Assembly (NCBI GenBank): GCA_963740415.1
Contig: CAVUEC010000013.1
Coordinates: forward strand, 534,726 to 598,725
Origin: Candidatus Eiseniibacteriota bacterium
GTDB taxonomy: Bacteria; Eisenbacteria; RBG-16-71-46; SZUA-252
Reading direction: 5' to 3'
Length of the DNA stretch: 64,000 nt
This document shows positions 21,678-31,817 of the stretch, piece by piece (position 1 is the first letter of the stretch; each line of letters opens with the position of its first letter). The notes under the pieces were generated by a model. It ran no database searches. It was not told the origin of the DNA and worked only from the letters and a program-made list of their open reading frames with translations. A program made the translations under genes and the position numbers.

Positions 21678-23600
21678 TTACTTCGCGAGCACCAGCTTGA
21701 TTCCGGACGAGCCCTCGTTCGTGGAACCGGACATCTTGGCGTAGTACACGCCCGACGCCGCCTTGCCACCGTTGGTCGTCCTGCCGTCCCACGCCGCTTC
21801 GTGCACGCCCACGTCGTAGTGACCGCTGGCAACCGTCTTCACGAGAGCGCCCTGGACGTTGTAGAGGCGGAGGGTGTAGTTGCCCGACTTCGTCACGGAG
21901 AAGCGGATCTTGGTGACCGGGTTGAACGGGTTCGGCGAGTTGCCGAGGAGCGCAACACCCGCTGAGGGGAGGCTGCTCTCCGTGAGCTTCATGTATGCGA
22001 AGCCCTGGAAGCTGCGGCCGGTCCCGGTCGAATAGGCCGTCATCTTCATCGGAACGATCTTGGCAACCAAGCCCAGCGCCACGATGCGGTCGGCGATCGC
22101 CCGGAAGTCCCAGTTGCAGACGAGGCGGAGCGAGTCCGTCAGGCCCTTAGAGAGGCTGTCATAGCAATCGGGGAATGGAGACCCGAAGTCGGGGTGACCC
22201 GGGGCCGCCAAACCCAAGAGCGTCGGACACGCCACGATGCTGTTACGCGGCTTTAGGCTGTCCTTGCCCGGGGGAGAGACGATCGACCCCCCGTGTGCCA
22301 GGGTCGTCTGGTAGTTGACGCCACTTCCGTTCGGGAAATAGCACGCGAAGCCGGCGTCACGCGTCTCAGGCGGGAAGTTCATGATCGTCTGGAACGTCGT
22401 AGTGGTTTCGTCGTTCAAATCCATGGTCGCCGGGCGGGTTGCGACGCCCATCGCCAACGGGAGGAGGCAGGTGTTGGTCGAGTTCGCGCGCCAAATGTTC
22501 ACGCCCAAACCTGCGGCCTGAGACGTGAACATGAAGTAGTTGAACGGAATGTGGTCGTTGGTCTGCACCAAAACACCCGAGACGTCCGGATCCGCATCGG
22601 CGCGCGAGGCGTCGAGGTTGATCTCGCACTTGGCACCGGTCGCCAATTTGAGGCTCCAAATCGTCGTCAGGCCGTTCGGATCCTCGGAGCCAGGAGCGTC
22701 GTAATAGATTGTCCCGCCGTCGCTGCTCCAATCGGGATTGTTGTGCGACACCGTCCCGTTGAAGTTGAACTCGGCGAGACGCGTGTAGCCAGGAGCCGAC
22801 GACACGAGGTTCACGTCGATGATCTCGAGAACGTTCGGCCCGAACTTGTTGGTCGAGTAAGCGATCTCGTGACCGTTGGGCGACCAGCTCGGGTTCACTT
22901 CCGCCTTCTGGTCGTTGAACGTGCGGCGGGTCAGGTTCGAGACGGTGCCCATATCCGTGTCGACATCGATCGTATAGACGTCCGGGCTTCCGGCGGAATT
23001 GGAGTCGAAAGCCAGCGTGTGGGTGCCCGGCTGCCAATTCGGGTGGCGTGGATTGCCTGCCGTCGAGACCAGAATCGGCGACCCAACGGGGGACTCAGCA
23101 CCCTCGCCGGGGGGATACGTCCCGTCCGGGTTACCGGCCGTGCTGAAATCGTCGTTGACGAAGTACTCCTGAACGTAAATGGCCTGGCCCGTACCGTCCG
23201 CGTTGCTCTGGACGTAGGCCAGGAATCGGCCGTCGTAGCTCCATGCGGGGTCAAAATAGGATATGTTCGCGGCCGGGTCGTTCAGCAACTCGGCGAAGTA
23301 GGCCGACTGTGCAGCGTTCAAGTGCAGCCAGATCGACCGGACCGACTCGTGCCCCGGAACCAAGCTCCGGGTCGAGAAGGCGAACCACTCTTCGACGAGC
23401 CTCCCGTCGACCGGGAACGCCATGAGCCCGTCCGCATCGATGGGACGATGTGCCGCCTGCTCGGTCCCGTTGACAAAACCGCTGACGCTCGTTAGCGGCG
23501 CATACGAACCACGATAGTCCGCATACCCCTGGGCCGGAAGCAGCGCGGCCGCGAGCGCCAGAATTCCGATGACGCCTAGTAATTTCTTCATCCCTTTCAT
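21678..23600 (-). CDS. Secreted TolB-like beta-propeller (PD40 repeat) protein with a FlgD-Ig-like C-terminal domain
   Basis: RBS GGAGAGGAG precedes the ATG, and the signal peptide is MKGMKKLLGVIGILALAAALLPAQG. PD40-type repeats include SYDGRFLAYVQSNADG, HPNWQPGTHTLAFDSN, NPSWSPNGHEIAYS and NPDWSSDGGTIYY. The C-terminus reads SPNPFNPVTKIRFS...LRLYNVQGALVKTV...WDGRTTNGGKAASGVYYAKM. Confidence 0.8.
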   Translation of the reverse strand: MKGMKKLLGVIGILALAAALLPAQGYADYRGSYAPLTSVSGFVNGTEQAAHRPIDADGLMAFPVDGRLVEEWFAFSTRSLVPGHESVRSIWLHLNAAQSAYFAELLNDPAANISYFDPAWSYDGRFLAYVQSNADGTGQAIYVQEYFVNDDFSTAGNPDGTYPPGEGAESPVGSPILVSTAGNPRHPNWQPGTHTLAFDSNSAGSPDVYTIDVDTDMGTVSNLTRRTFNDQKAEVNPSWSPNGHEIAYSTNKFGPNVLEIIDVNLVSSAPGYTRLAEFNFNGTVSHNNPDWSSDGGTIYYDAPGSEDPNGLTTIWSLKLATGAKCEINLDASRADADPDVSGVLVQTNDHIPFNYFMFTSQAAGLGVNIWRANSTNTCLLPLAMGVATRPATMDLNDETTTTFQTIMNFPPETRDAGFACYFPNGSGVNYQTTLAHGGSIVSPPGKDSLKPRNSIVACPTLLGLAAPGHPDFGSPFPDCYDSLSKGLTDSLRLVCNWDFRAIADRIVALGLVAKIVPMKMTAYSTGTGRSFQGFAYMKLTESSLPSAGVALLGNSPNPFNPVTKIRFSVTKSGNYTLRLYNVQGALVKTVASGHYDVGVHEAAWDGRTTNGGKAASGVYYAKMSGSTNEGSSGIKLVLAK

Positions 23601-23762
23601 CTCCTCTCCAACGCAGGTAAAAGCGAGAAGACACCCCAAAGAGGATAAGGTAGACGACAGTAAGAGCCTAATCACCTCCTTACGCTAGCATGATTGGAAT
23701 CGAGCTAAAGCGATGTAAGTTCTCGGAATCGGGAAATCAGTCCCCGCTTTTTTACCTGATTG

Positions 23763-23792
23763 AGTATACAGGGAGAGGGGTCGGAGTGTCAA
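23763..23792 (-). promoter_or_regulatory. Candidate sigma70-type promoter for the TolB-like gene
   Basis: The minus strand reads TTGACA, an 18-nt spacer, then TATACT. On the plus strand this is tgtcaa at 23787-23792 and agtata at 23763-23768. Confidence 0.5.
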
Positions 23793-23837
23793 GGGATTTT
23801 TGGAACTTTTGGGGAGGGCCTACTGTTCAAAAATGCC

Positions 23838-23866
23838 TTGACAGATCAGCACTTGGAACCTAGTCT
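23838..23866 (+). promoter_or_regulatory. Candidate promoter for the 24019 gene
   Basis: TTGACA (23838-23843), 17-nt spacer, TAGTCT (23861-23866). The architecture matches the 15193 candidate. Confidence 0.4.
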
Positions 23867-24018
23867 GCGCCCAGGTTGGAACCAGGACCGCTTCGGCGTC
23901 TGGACCAATCCGGTGGGGCTATCCACCGAGCCTTGACCGCAGCGGCACCCCCCCTAGCACCATAATGATACACCAAAACGGCGGGCTGCCGGGGCCGCCC
24001 CCGTCGCGAGGGAGGTTA

Positions 24019-25016
24019 ATGTCGTACAAGTCAATGTTGAATAATAACTTGGCGAGAATCGCCGGGCTCCTGATTGCCTTGACACCCATCCGGGCGTCGG
24101 CCCAAATCCCGTTTCCAAAGAGTCCAACCGGCGTCCAGGCCTACTACTTCGCCGCCACGACCCAGAACCGAAACCTGGCCGCCAACGCGACCGGTACATT
24201 CGTTTTCCTGGTCTGGGACGGTCCCAGCGCCGAGTCCGATACGACCTGCTCGGTTCCTGATACCACGCTCGTGTGTACACCGCTTTGGCAGGGCTACAGG
24301 GTACGGCGGTCCATCGAAGGGATCTCGCCCGGCCAGCTCGAGGTCGTTGGGCAGTGGAAGGCCCGGGACACCGTCACCTCGATTTGCCTCGATAACCAGC
24401 AGCCCTGTGCGCAAGGTAACGTCCAAGACTTCGTGTTCACGGGACCGGGGTCTTCTTCAAGGGGTTCAGCGGCAACAGGCGTCCCGACGGAACCTACCGG
24501 CTCAACTACCCGCCCGGTAATCCGGCCGACGCTGACACCTCAGCCCGGATCTACGTCGACACCGGGGCCATGGTCGGGTTCAAGCTGACCTACGCGGTCA
24601 CGTCCATCGATACCGTCCGCCAGGTGAACGCGGACTTCTACGAGAGTCCCATCGACAGCTCCCAGATCGTCTCGCTGGCCGCGGCCACACCGCCCGCCGA
24701 CAATCTGGAGCAGGTGGCCGTCGTCCCGAATCCGTACAAGGGATCCGCTCAGTGGGACCCCTCCCCGACCGAGCGGCGGATACATTTCATCCACCTCCCC
24801 GCGGGGTCGACCGTCCGCATTTACACGTCGTCCGGGGAGCTCATACGAACGCTCATCCAGGACCCCAACTCGAGTCCCGGCGGGCAGTCCGGGGAGCTGG
24901 CGTGGGACCTGAAAAACGAGGGCGGCAACACGGTCGTTTCCGGCATCTACATGTACTCGGTTCATCCGCCCGACGGGCGCACGCCCAAGAAGGGCCATTT
25001 CGTCATCATCAAGTAG
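24019..25016 (+). CDS. Small secreted protein with a FlgD-Ig-like C-terminal domain. Frame broken at 24447-24450.
   Basis: GGGAGG RBS and signal peptide MSYKSMLNNNLARIAGLLIALTPIRASA. Frame 1 (...VQDFVFTGPG) continues sensibly only in frame 3 (VFFKGFSGNRRPDGTYRLNYPPG...ARIYVDTGAMVGFKLTYAVTSID). That requires one missing base in the GGGG run. The C-terminus reads VPNPYKG...VRIYTSSGELIRTL...WDLKNEGGNTVVSGIYMYSV. Confidence 0.7.
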
Positions 25017-25067
25017 GCCGCAAGCCTCCCCCAATCGGACTCGGCGGATAGGCGGCCCGGAGGAGTC

Positions 25068-26610
25068 ATGAATCCCCAAACGGTCCCCGCCCCGGCCGCC
25101 GCCGCAAGCTCGCGGGCCGGAATCCACCCCGAAGAGCTACCTCAACCTGATCGGCGGGAAGTGGATCCCCGCCCGGTCGGGCCGGACGTTCGACAACCGG
25201 AACCCCGCGCGTCCTTCCGATCTGGTCGGGACGTTCCCCGACTCGGGCCAGGAGGACGTGGACGCCGCGGTGGCCGCCGCCTCCAAGGCCTACCCCGCCT
25301 GGAAGGTGACCCCGGCGCCGCGCCGCGCCGAGTTGATCTACAGGGCCGCCGAGATCCTCCGCGCACGCAAGGAAGAGCTGGCGAGGATCATGACCCGGGA
25401 AATGGGGAAGGTCCTGGCCGAGACGCGGGGCGACGTCCAGGAGGCCATCGACATGGCCTACTACCTGGGCGGCGAGGGGCGGCGCCTTTTCGGCGTGACG
25501 GTCCCCTCCGAGCTTCCGAACAAGTTCGCCATGTCGATCCGGCAGCCGCTCGGGGTCTGCGGGCTGATCACGCCCTGGAATTTCCCGATGGCGATCCCTT
25601 CCTGGAAGATCTTCCCGGCTCTCGTGGCGGGGAACACCGTGGTGATCAAGCCGGCCACCGACACGCCTGCCTCGGCCCACCACCTGGTCGAGGTTCTGAT
25701 GGAGGCCGGCGTTCCCGAGGGCGTGCTGAACATCGTCCACGGCGGAGGCACGGCGGTGGGCGTTCCGCTCACCCTGCACCCCGACGTGAAGATGATCTCC
25801 TTCACCGGCTCCTCGGAAGTGGGGAAGACGATCGCCGAGCGGACCGCGGGCGCGCTCAAGCGGCTCTCGCTCGAGCTGGGCGGAAAGAACGCCCAGATCG
25901 TGATGGAGGACGGCGATCTCGACCTCGCGGTCGAGGGAGCGCTCTGGGGCGCGTTCGGGACCACCGGCCAGCGCTGCACCGCCACTAGCCGTCTCATCGT
26001 GATGAAGCAGGTTCACGACGAGATGGTGTCGCGGCTGGCCGAGAAGGCGTCCAAGCTCAAGCTGGGCGACGGACTCGAGCCGGGGGTGGAGGTTGGCCCC
26101 GTGGTGAACCGCGGCCAGCGGGACAAGGTCCACTCCTACGTCGAGATCGGGAAGAAGGAAGGGGCAAAGGTGGTTGCCGGCGGGAGTCCCGCCGAGGAGG
26201 GCTCGCTCCGGGAGGGGCATTTCTACAAGCCGACCATCTTCGACGGGGTGACTCCCAAGATGCGGATCGCCGTGGAGGAGATCTTTGGCCCCGTGCTCTC
26301 CGTCATCACGGTTTCGTCCTTCGAGGAGGCGATCGAGGTCCTGAACGCGACTCCTTACGGGCTCAGCTCCTCCATCTACACCCGCGACGTGAACCGCGCG
26401 ATGCGCGCGATCCGCGACATCGAGGCCGGAATCACCTACATTAATGGACCGACGATCGGCGCCGAGGTGCAGTTGCCCTTCGGCGGCGTGAAGGAGACCG
26501 GGAACGGGCACCGCGAGGGGGGCCCGACCGTCATCGACGCATTCACCGAGTGGAAGTCGGTCTACGTTGACTACAGCGGCAAGCTCCAGAAGGCCCAAAT
26601 CGATCGCTAA
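25068..26610 (+). CDS. NAD(P)-dependent aldehyde dehydrogenase. Frame broken near the 5' end (25072-25135).
   Basis: ALDH blocks include ITPWNFP, FTGSSEVG, LELGGKN and EEIFGPV. The conserved N-terminal SYLNLIGGKWIPARSGRTFDNRNP is in frame 1, which has no start codon after the stop at 25069-25071. The RBS (GGAGGAG) and ATG 25068 are in frame 3. Removing one C, for example from CCCC at 25127-25130, joins them. Confidence 0.85.
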
Positions 26611-27653
26611 GATCGCGTCGCCGCTGGCGACGGTTCTGCGCGGGGGCGAAGTCGAGTCGGTCCACCGCGGCCACGTGGCCGTGGCGGACTCGCGCGGCCG
26701 CGTCCTGGCGTGGGCCGGCGAGCCCGATCTCCACATCTTTCCCCGTTCCGCGTTCAAGCCCTTCCAGGCGCTTCCCCTCGTCGAGTCGGGCGCGTTCGCG
26801 CGCTCGGGGCTGGGCATGGACGCGCTCGCGTTGATCGCGGGTTCCCATAGCGGCACCGATCGCCACGCCGCGATCGCGCGGACGATCCTGGCCGCGGCCG
26901 GCGTGGACGAATCCGCGCTCCGCTGCGGATCGCACCCTCCCTACGACGAGGCGACCGCCGCCGCGCTCGAGGCGCGGGGCGAGGCGCCCACGCCGATCCG
27001 GCACAACTGCTCGGGCAAGCATGCGGGGATGCTCCTGATGGCGCGCTTTCTCGGCGCGCCGGTCGAGAACTACACCGATCCCGCCCACCCCGTGCAGCGG
27101 AACATCTTCGCGCGCTTCGCCGAGCTGGTCGGCGAGGAGTTCGCCGACGCCACCCCCGCCATCGACGGCTGCAGCGCGCCGACGCCGCGGATGCCGGTGC
27201 GGACGCTTGCGTTTGCGTTCGCGCTTCTGGTGGGCGGCGTGGACCGCGCTGGCCACGATCTTCCCGCGCTCGCCATGATCCGCGACGCGATGCGGGCCCA
27301 CCCGGATCTCGTCGCTGGCGAAGGGCGGCTGGACACACTCTTGATGAAGGCGGTGCCGGGTCTCGTGACGAAGGCGGGCGCCGAAGGGGTGCACGCCACG
27401 GGAGACCCGAAGCGCGGGATCGGGATCGCGGTGAAGATCGAGGACGGATCCCGGCGCGCGCTGGGGCCCGCGGTGACCGTCCACGCTCGAAGCGCTCGGC
27501 GTCATCGGCGAGGCGGAGCGGAAGGCGTTGGCCAAGCACGCGGGCGAGCGGATCCGGAACGCTGCGGGGATCGACGTAGGCGAAATATGCGGGGTTGCCC
27601 TTATCGAAGGCTTGGACGCGAGTGGACGCCTGAAGACGGGGGGCCAGGGATGA
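26567..27653 (+). CDS. Asparaginase-II family protein. Frame broken at about 27477-27486. Start uncertain.
   Basis: VESVHRGHVAV, FPRSAFKPFQALP, GSHSG, HNCSGKHAGML, DGCSAP and KAGAEG. The C-terminus TLEALGVIGEAERKALAKHAGERIRNAAGIDVGEI...GQG-stop is read in frame 3 and ends at TGA 27651-27653. In the raw sequence the ORF runs on into ppdK as a 1321-aa fusion. Confidence 0.75.
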
Positions 27654-30532
27654 GCGCGTCCAAGACCGACGTCGTTCCGGCGCCCGGCTCGGCCGCGAAC
27701 CCGACGATCGAACGGGTGCAGCACGTCTACTTCTTCGGGGACGGCCGCGCCGAGGGGAGCGCGCGGATGCGCGACCTGCTAGGCGGGAAGGGAGCGGGAC
27801 TCGCGGAGATGACCAACGCGGGGGTCCCGGTCCCTCCCGGCTACACGATCACGACCGCCGCCTGCCGGCAGTTCTTTGAAGCGGGTGGCCGCCTCCTCGA
27901 CTCGATCCTCCACGAAGAAGACCAGGCACTGAAACGACTGGAGCGCTACCTGGGCCGCCGTCTCGGCGACCCCGAGAATCCGCTTCTCGTTTCGGTCCGC
28001 TCGGGCGCGCCGCTCTCGATGCCCGGAATGATGGACACGGTCCTCAATCTCGGCCTGAACGATCGAACGGTGGAGGGACTTCGAGAGCGGAGCCAAAGCC
28101 CCCGCTTCGCCTACGACAGCTACCGCCGCTTCATCCAGATGTACTCCGACGTCGTGCTCGGAATTCCCCGCGCGCGCTTCGAGGCCGAGATCAAGCGGAC
28201 CAAGGCGCGGGCGCGTGTCGAGCTGGACGTGGATTTGAAGCCCGAGCACCTGCGCGGGCTGGTCGAGAAGTTCAAGGCGATCGTTCGTCGCGAGATCGGC
28301 GTCGAGTTCCCACAGGATTCGCGGGCGCAGCTCGCGGGCGCGCGGGACGCCGTGTTCCGCTCGTGGAACGGCGAGCGCGCGGTCCACTACCGCCGCATCC
28401 ACGGAATCGGCGATGAGGTGGGCACCGCGGTCACCGTGCAGGCGATGGTCTTCGGAAACCTGGGCTCCACCTCGGCGACCGGGGTCGGGTTCACGCGCGA
28501 CCCCGGGAGCGGCGAGCCGCGCTTCTACGGCGAGTACCTGCTCAACGCGCAGGGCGAGGACGTGGTCGCGGGGATCCGCACGCCCCGGCCGATCGAGGAG
28601 ATGGAGCGCGAGCTTCCCGAGGCCTTCGCCCAGCTCCGCGAGATCACGTCGCGCCTCGAGCGTCACTACCGCGACGTCCAGGATTTCGAGTTCACGATCG
28701 AAGAGGGCCGGCTTTTCATGCTCCAGACCCGGCGCGCGGCGCGCACCGGGATCGCCGCGCTTCGGATCGCCGTGGAAATGGTGGAGGAGGGGCTGATCGC
28801 GAAGCGCGAGGCGATCGAGCGCGTGGAGCCGGACCACCTGGATCAGGTGCTCCACCCGGTGCTCGATCCCGCCGCGCGCCGGAAGCACGACAAGGTGGCG
28901 ACCGGCCTCCCGGCATCGCCGGGCGCGGCGGCGGGCGCGATCGTGTTCACCTCGGAGGAGGCCGCGAAGCGGGGCGCGAAGGAGCGGGTGATCCTGGTCC
29001 GAGCGGAAACGTCTCCCGACGACATCGCGGGGATGCACGCGGCCCAGGGAATTCTGACCGCGACCGGCGGCATGACCTCGCACGCCGCGGTGGTCGCGCG
29101 GGGCATGGGGAAGTGCTGCGTGGTCGGTTGCTCGGCGCTTCAGATCAGCGAGAGCGCGAAGACCCTGCGCATCGGAACGCGAACGCTCCGCGAGGGCGCG
29201 TTCCTCTCGCTCGACGGGTCGAAGGGCGAGGTCCTGCTCGGCGACGTTCCCACGTCGGATTCCGAGGTGGTCCGCGTGCTCACGGGCCGCCTGAAACCCG
29301 CGCAGTCTCCGCTCTATCAGTGCTTCGAGCGCCTGATGGCGTGGTGCGACGAGGAGCGAAGGCTTCGGGTGCGGGCGAACGCCGACATCCCGCGCGACGC
29401 CAAGATCGCGAGGCAGCTGGGCGCCGAGGGGATCGGCCTCTGCCGCACGGAGCACATGTTCTTCGCCGCCGACCGGATTCCGCACGTCGTGACAATGATC
29501 CTGAACGCGCAGCAGGCGAGAGAGGCCGCGCTCCGGATCGCGCGGCTTCAGGCGGAGCTGGCCGACGCGCCCCGCTCGGAGCGGCCGCGGGTGAAGAAGG
29601 AGCTGGAGCACGAGCGCCGCGAGGGGCGCGAGCCGATCGCCGCCTTCCACGGGGCGCTCGCCAAGCTGCTCCCGCTTCAGCGCGCGGACTTCAAGGGCCT
29701 CTTCCTTGCGATGGAGGGATGCCCGGTCACGATCCGCACCCTGGACCCGCCGCTCCACGAGTTCTTGCCCAAACGGGAACAGCTGGAGAAGGAGATGGCC
29801 GCGCTGGGCCGCGCCCGGAAGGGCGACCCCAGGCGCCGCCGCCTGGAACAAACGCTCGCGCGCGTGGAAGAGCTCCACGAGTTCAATCCCATGCTCGGCT
29901 TCCGCGGCTGCCGGCTCGGGATCCTCCACCCCGAGATCACGCGGATGCAGGCGCGCGCCATCTTCGAGGCGGCCGCCCAGGTGATGAAGGCGGGGAAACG
30001 CGTGGTGCCCGAAATCATGATCCCTCTGGTCGGCGACCCCGAGGAATTGAAACGGCAGCGGGCCGTCGTGGAGGAGGTGGCCGCGGAGGTCATGCGGCGG
30101 ACGAAGGTGACGATCCCGCATACGATCGGGACGATGATCGAAGTCCCGCGCGCGGCGATCCTGGCCGACGAGATCGCGGCGCACGCGGATTTCTTCTCCT
30201 TCGGCACCAACGACCTCACCCAGATGACCTTCGGCTACTCGCGCGACGACTCCGGGCGGTTCCTGCCCGAGTACGTGGACGCGGGAATCCTAAAGCAGGA
30301 TCCGTTCGTGTCGATCGACGTGCGCGGGGTGGGCACGCTCTTGCAGCGGGCCGCGTTTGCCGGCCGGCGCGCCAAGCCGGGCTTGAAGATCGGCATCTGC
30401 GGCGAGCACGGAGGCGACCCGGCCTCGATCGCGTTCTTCGAGACGGTGGGCCTGGACTACGTTTCCTGCAGCCCGTTCCGGATCCCGCTGGCCCGCCTCG
30501 CCGCCGCCCGCGCGGCGCTCCGGCGGGCGTGA
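27650..30532 (+). CDS. ppdK: Pyruvate, phosphate dikinase
   Basis: VYFFGDG...LLGGKGAGLAEM, the phosphohistidine loop TATGGMTSHAAVVARGMG, and GLCRTEHMFF, FFSFGTNDLTQ and SCSPFR. ATG 27650 overlaps the frame-corrected asparaginase stop (ATGA). Confidence 0.9.
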   Translation: MSASKTDVVPAPGSAANPTIERVQHVYFFGDGRAEGSARMRDLLGGKGAGLAEMTNAGVPVPPGYTITTAACRQFFEAGGRLLDSILHEEDQALKRLERYLGRRLGDPENPLLVSVRSGAPLSMPGMMDTVLNLGLNDRTVEGLRERSQSPRFAYDSYRRFIQMYSDVVLGIPRARFEAEIKRTKARARVELDVDLKPEHLRGLVEKFKAIVRREIGVEFPQDSRAQLAGARDAVFRSWNGERAVHYRRIHGIGDEVGTAVTVQAMVFGNLGSTSATGVGFTRDPGSGEPRFYGEYLLNAQGEDVVAGIRTPRPIEEMERELPEAFAQLREITSRLERHYRDVQDFEFTIEEGRLFMLQTRRAARTGIAALRIAVEMVEEGLIAKREAIERVEPDHLDQVLHPVLDPAARRKHDKVATGLPASPGAAAGAIVFTSEEAAKRGAKERVILVRAETSPDDIAGMHAAQGILTATGGMTSHAAVVARGMGKCCVVGCSALQISESAKTLRIGTRTLREGAFLSLDGSKGEVLLGDVPTSDSEVVRVLTGRLKPAQSPLYQCFERLMAWCDEERRLRVRANADIPRDAKIARQLGAEGIGLCRTEHMFFAADRIPHVVTMILNAQQAREAALRIARLQAELADAPRSERPRVKKELEHERREGREPIAAFHGALAKLLPLQRADFKGLFLAMEGCPVTIRTLDPPLHEFLPKREQLEKEMAALGRARKGDPRRRRLEQTLARVEELHEFNPMLGFRGCRLGILHPEITRMQARAIFEAAAQVMKAGKRVVPEIMIPLVGDPEELKRQRAVVEEVAAEVMRRTKVTIPHTIGTMIEVPRAAILADEIAAHADFFSFGTNDLTQMTFGYSRDDSGRFLPEYVDAGILKQDPFVSIDVRGVGTLLQRAAFAGRRAKPGLKIGICGEHGGDPASIAFFETVGLDYVSCSPFRIPLARLAAARAALRRA

Positions 30533-30587
30533 TTCGCGCCAGCCGCCGCGGCCCCAGCAAGGCACGCGGCCCCGCGGGCGGCGCGCC

Positions 30588-31815
30588 TTGACCCTCCGTC
30601 CCGGGGCGCGGTACCATTTCCAAATCTTGCGACCGACCGGCGGCATCCTAATCGCTTTGTGCTTGTTGTGCTCGGCGCCGGCGGCCCTCGCGTACACCCC
30701 TCCGCCTCTCTTTCGCGGCAATCCCAACATCCAGCCCGCCGAGACCTGCAAGGATTGCCACCTGGACATCACCGAGCAGTGGAAGGACTCGGCTCACTCG
30801 AGGGCCGACCGCTCGAAGAACCTTCTCTTCGGGCGGATGTACTTTCAGTCTCTGCGGGTGACGCGCGGCGGGACCATGCTCAAGTGCGGCCCCTGCCACG
30901 AGACGGTCGCCTTCGTGAACCAGGATTTCAACATTCTGCGCGAGGTGACCACACAGGGTGTGGCGTGCGCGTACTGCCACGCCGTCTCGGGCCCCGGTCC
31001 CGAGGCGGGAATCCCTCCCTACACGCTCGACGTGTCGAAGTACTACGGCTCGATCCGCAATCCGACCTATAACAACACGCACGGCTCGGAGTACACGCCC
31101 GTATCTCACGACCTCCGAGTTCTGCGGCGCGTGCCACGACTACAAGAACCAGAACGGCGTCCAGATCAGCACGACGTACGCGGAGTGGAAGAAGTCGAAG
31201 TTCGCGAAGCAGGGCGTGACGTGCCAGAAGTGCCACATGCCGGGCGCGCCTGGGCGGAACTCCTACCTGGGTCCCGCGCGGCCGCGCGTGGCCAACCACG
31301 CGTTCAGCGACAGCATGATGATGGCGGCCCGGCCCGGCTCGGCGCCCACGATCGCGCTCCGCGCGACGAAGGGGAAGAGCGGCGATTCGCTCCGCGTCTA
31401 CGCGACGGTCGCCAACAACGGGTGGGGCCACTCGCTCCCGACCGGAAACGACCAGCACATGGCGCTGATCCGGATCCGCGTGCTGAGCGCGGGCGGGTCC
31501 ATCGTCTGGGAGAACGATCCCTTCACGGAGTGGACGGTCTCCGTCTTCGGCGTGATTCTCGCGGACGAGCTGGGGAACTGGCCGGCCGAGACCTGGACCG
31601 CGACGAGCATCCTTTCCGATCGCCGGATCAAGGCGGGAGGAAGCGTCCAGTGCCGCTACGACGTGGCCCTGGGCGACGAGAAGGGCCCGTACAAGGTCGA
31701 GGCGCAGCTGGTCTACCGGCGCTCGCGGCCGATGACCATCGCGACGTACGACCTCGACGAGGACGTTTATGGAGGTGAGCGGACCCTGGCGGAGTCGTCG
31801 ATCCGGGTGCCGTAG
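30588..31815 (+). CDS. Multiheme (five CXXCH) c-type cytochrome. Frame broken at 31098-31100.
   Basis: Signal peptide ILIALCLLCSAPAALA. The heme motifs are CKDCH, CGPCH, CAYCH, CGACH and CQKCH. The first three are in frame 3 and the last two in frame 1. GSEYTP joins YLTTSEFCGACH if one C is removed from the CCC run. The start is uncertain (TTG 30588 or 30627). Confidence 0.75.
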
Positions 31816-31817
31816 CG

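Noticed and set aside
25068-25988. Track ORF 25068..25988 (306 aa) as an independent gene overlapping the aldehyde dehydrogenase
   Set aside because: Only its first ~20 codons (RBS plus ATG) are credible. The rest is Arg/Gly-rich and out of frame with the ALDH. I interpret it as the true ALDH start displaced by a 1-nt indel.
30533-30587. Imperfect GC palindrome after ppdK as a terminator
   Set aside because: The stem is interrupted and no U-tract follows, so the evidence is too weak to annotate.
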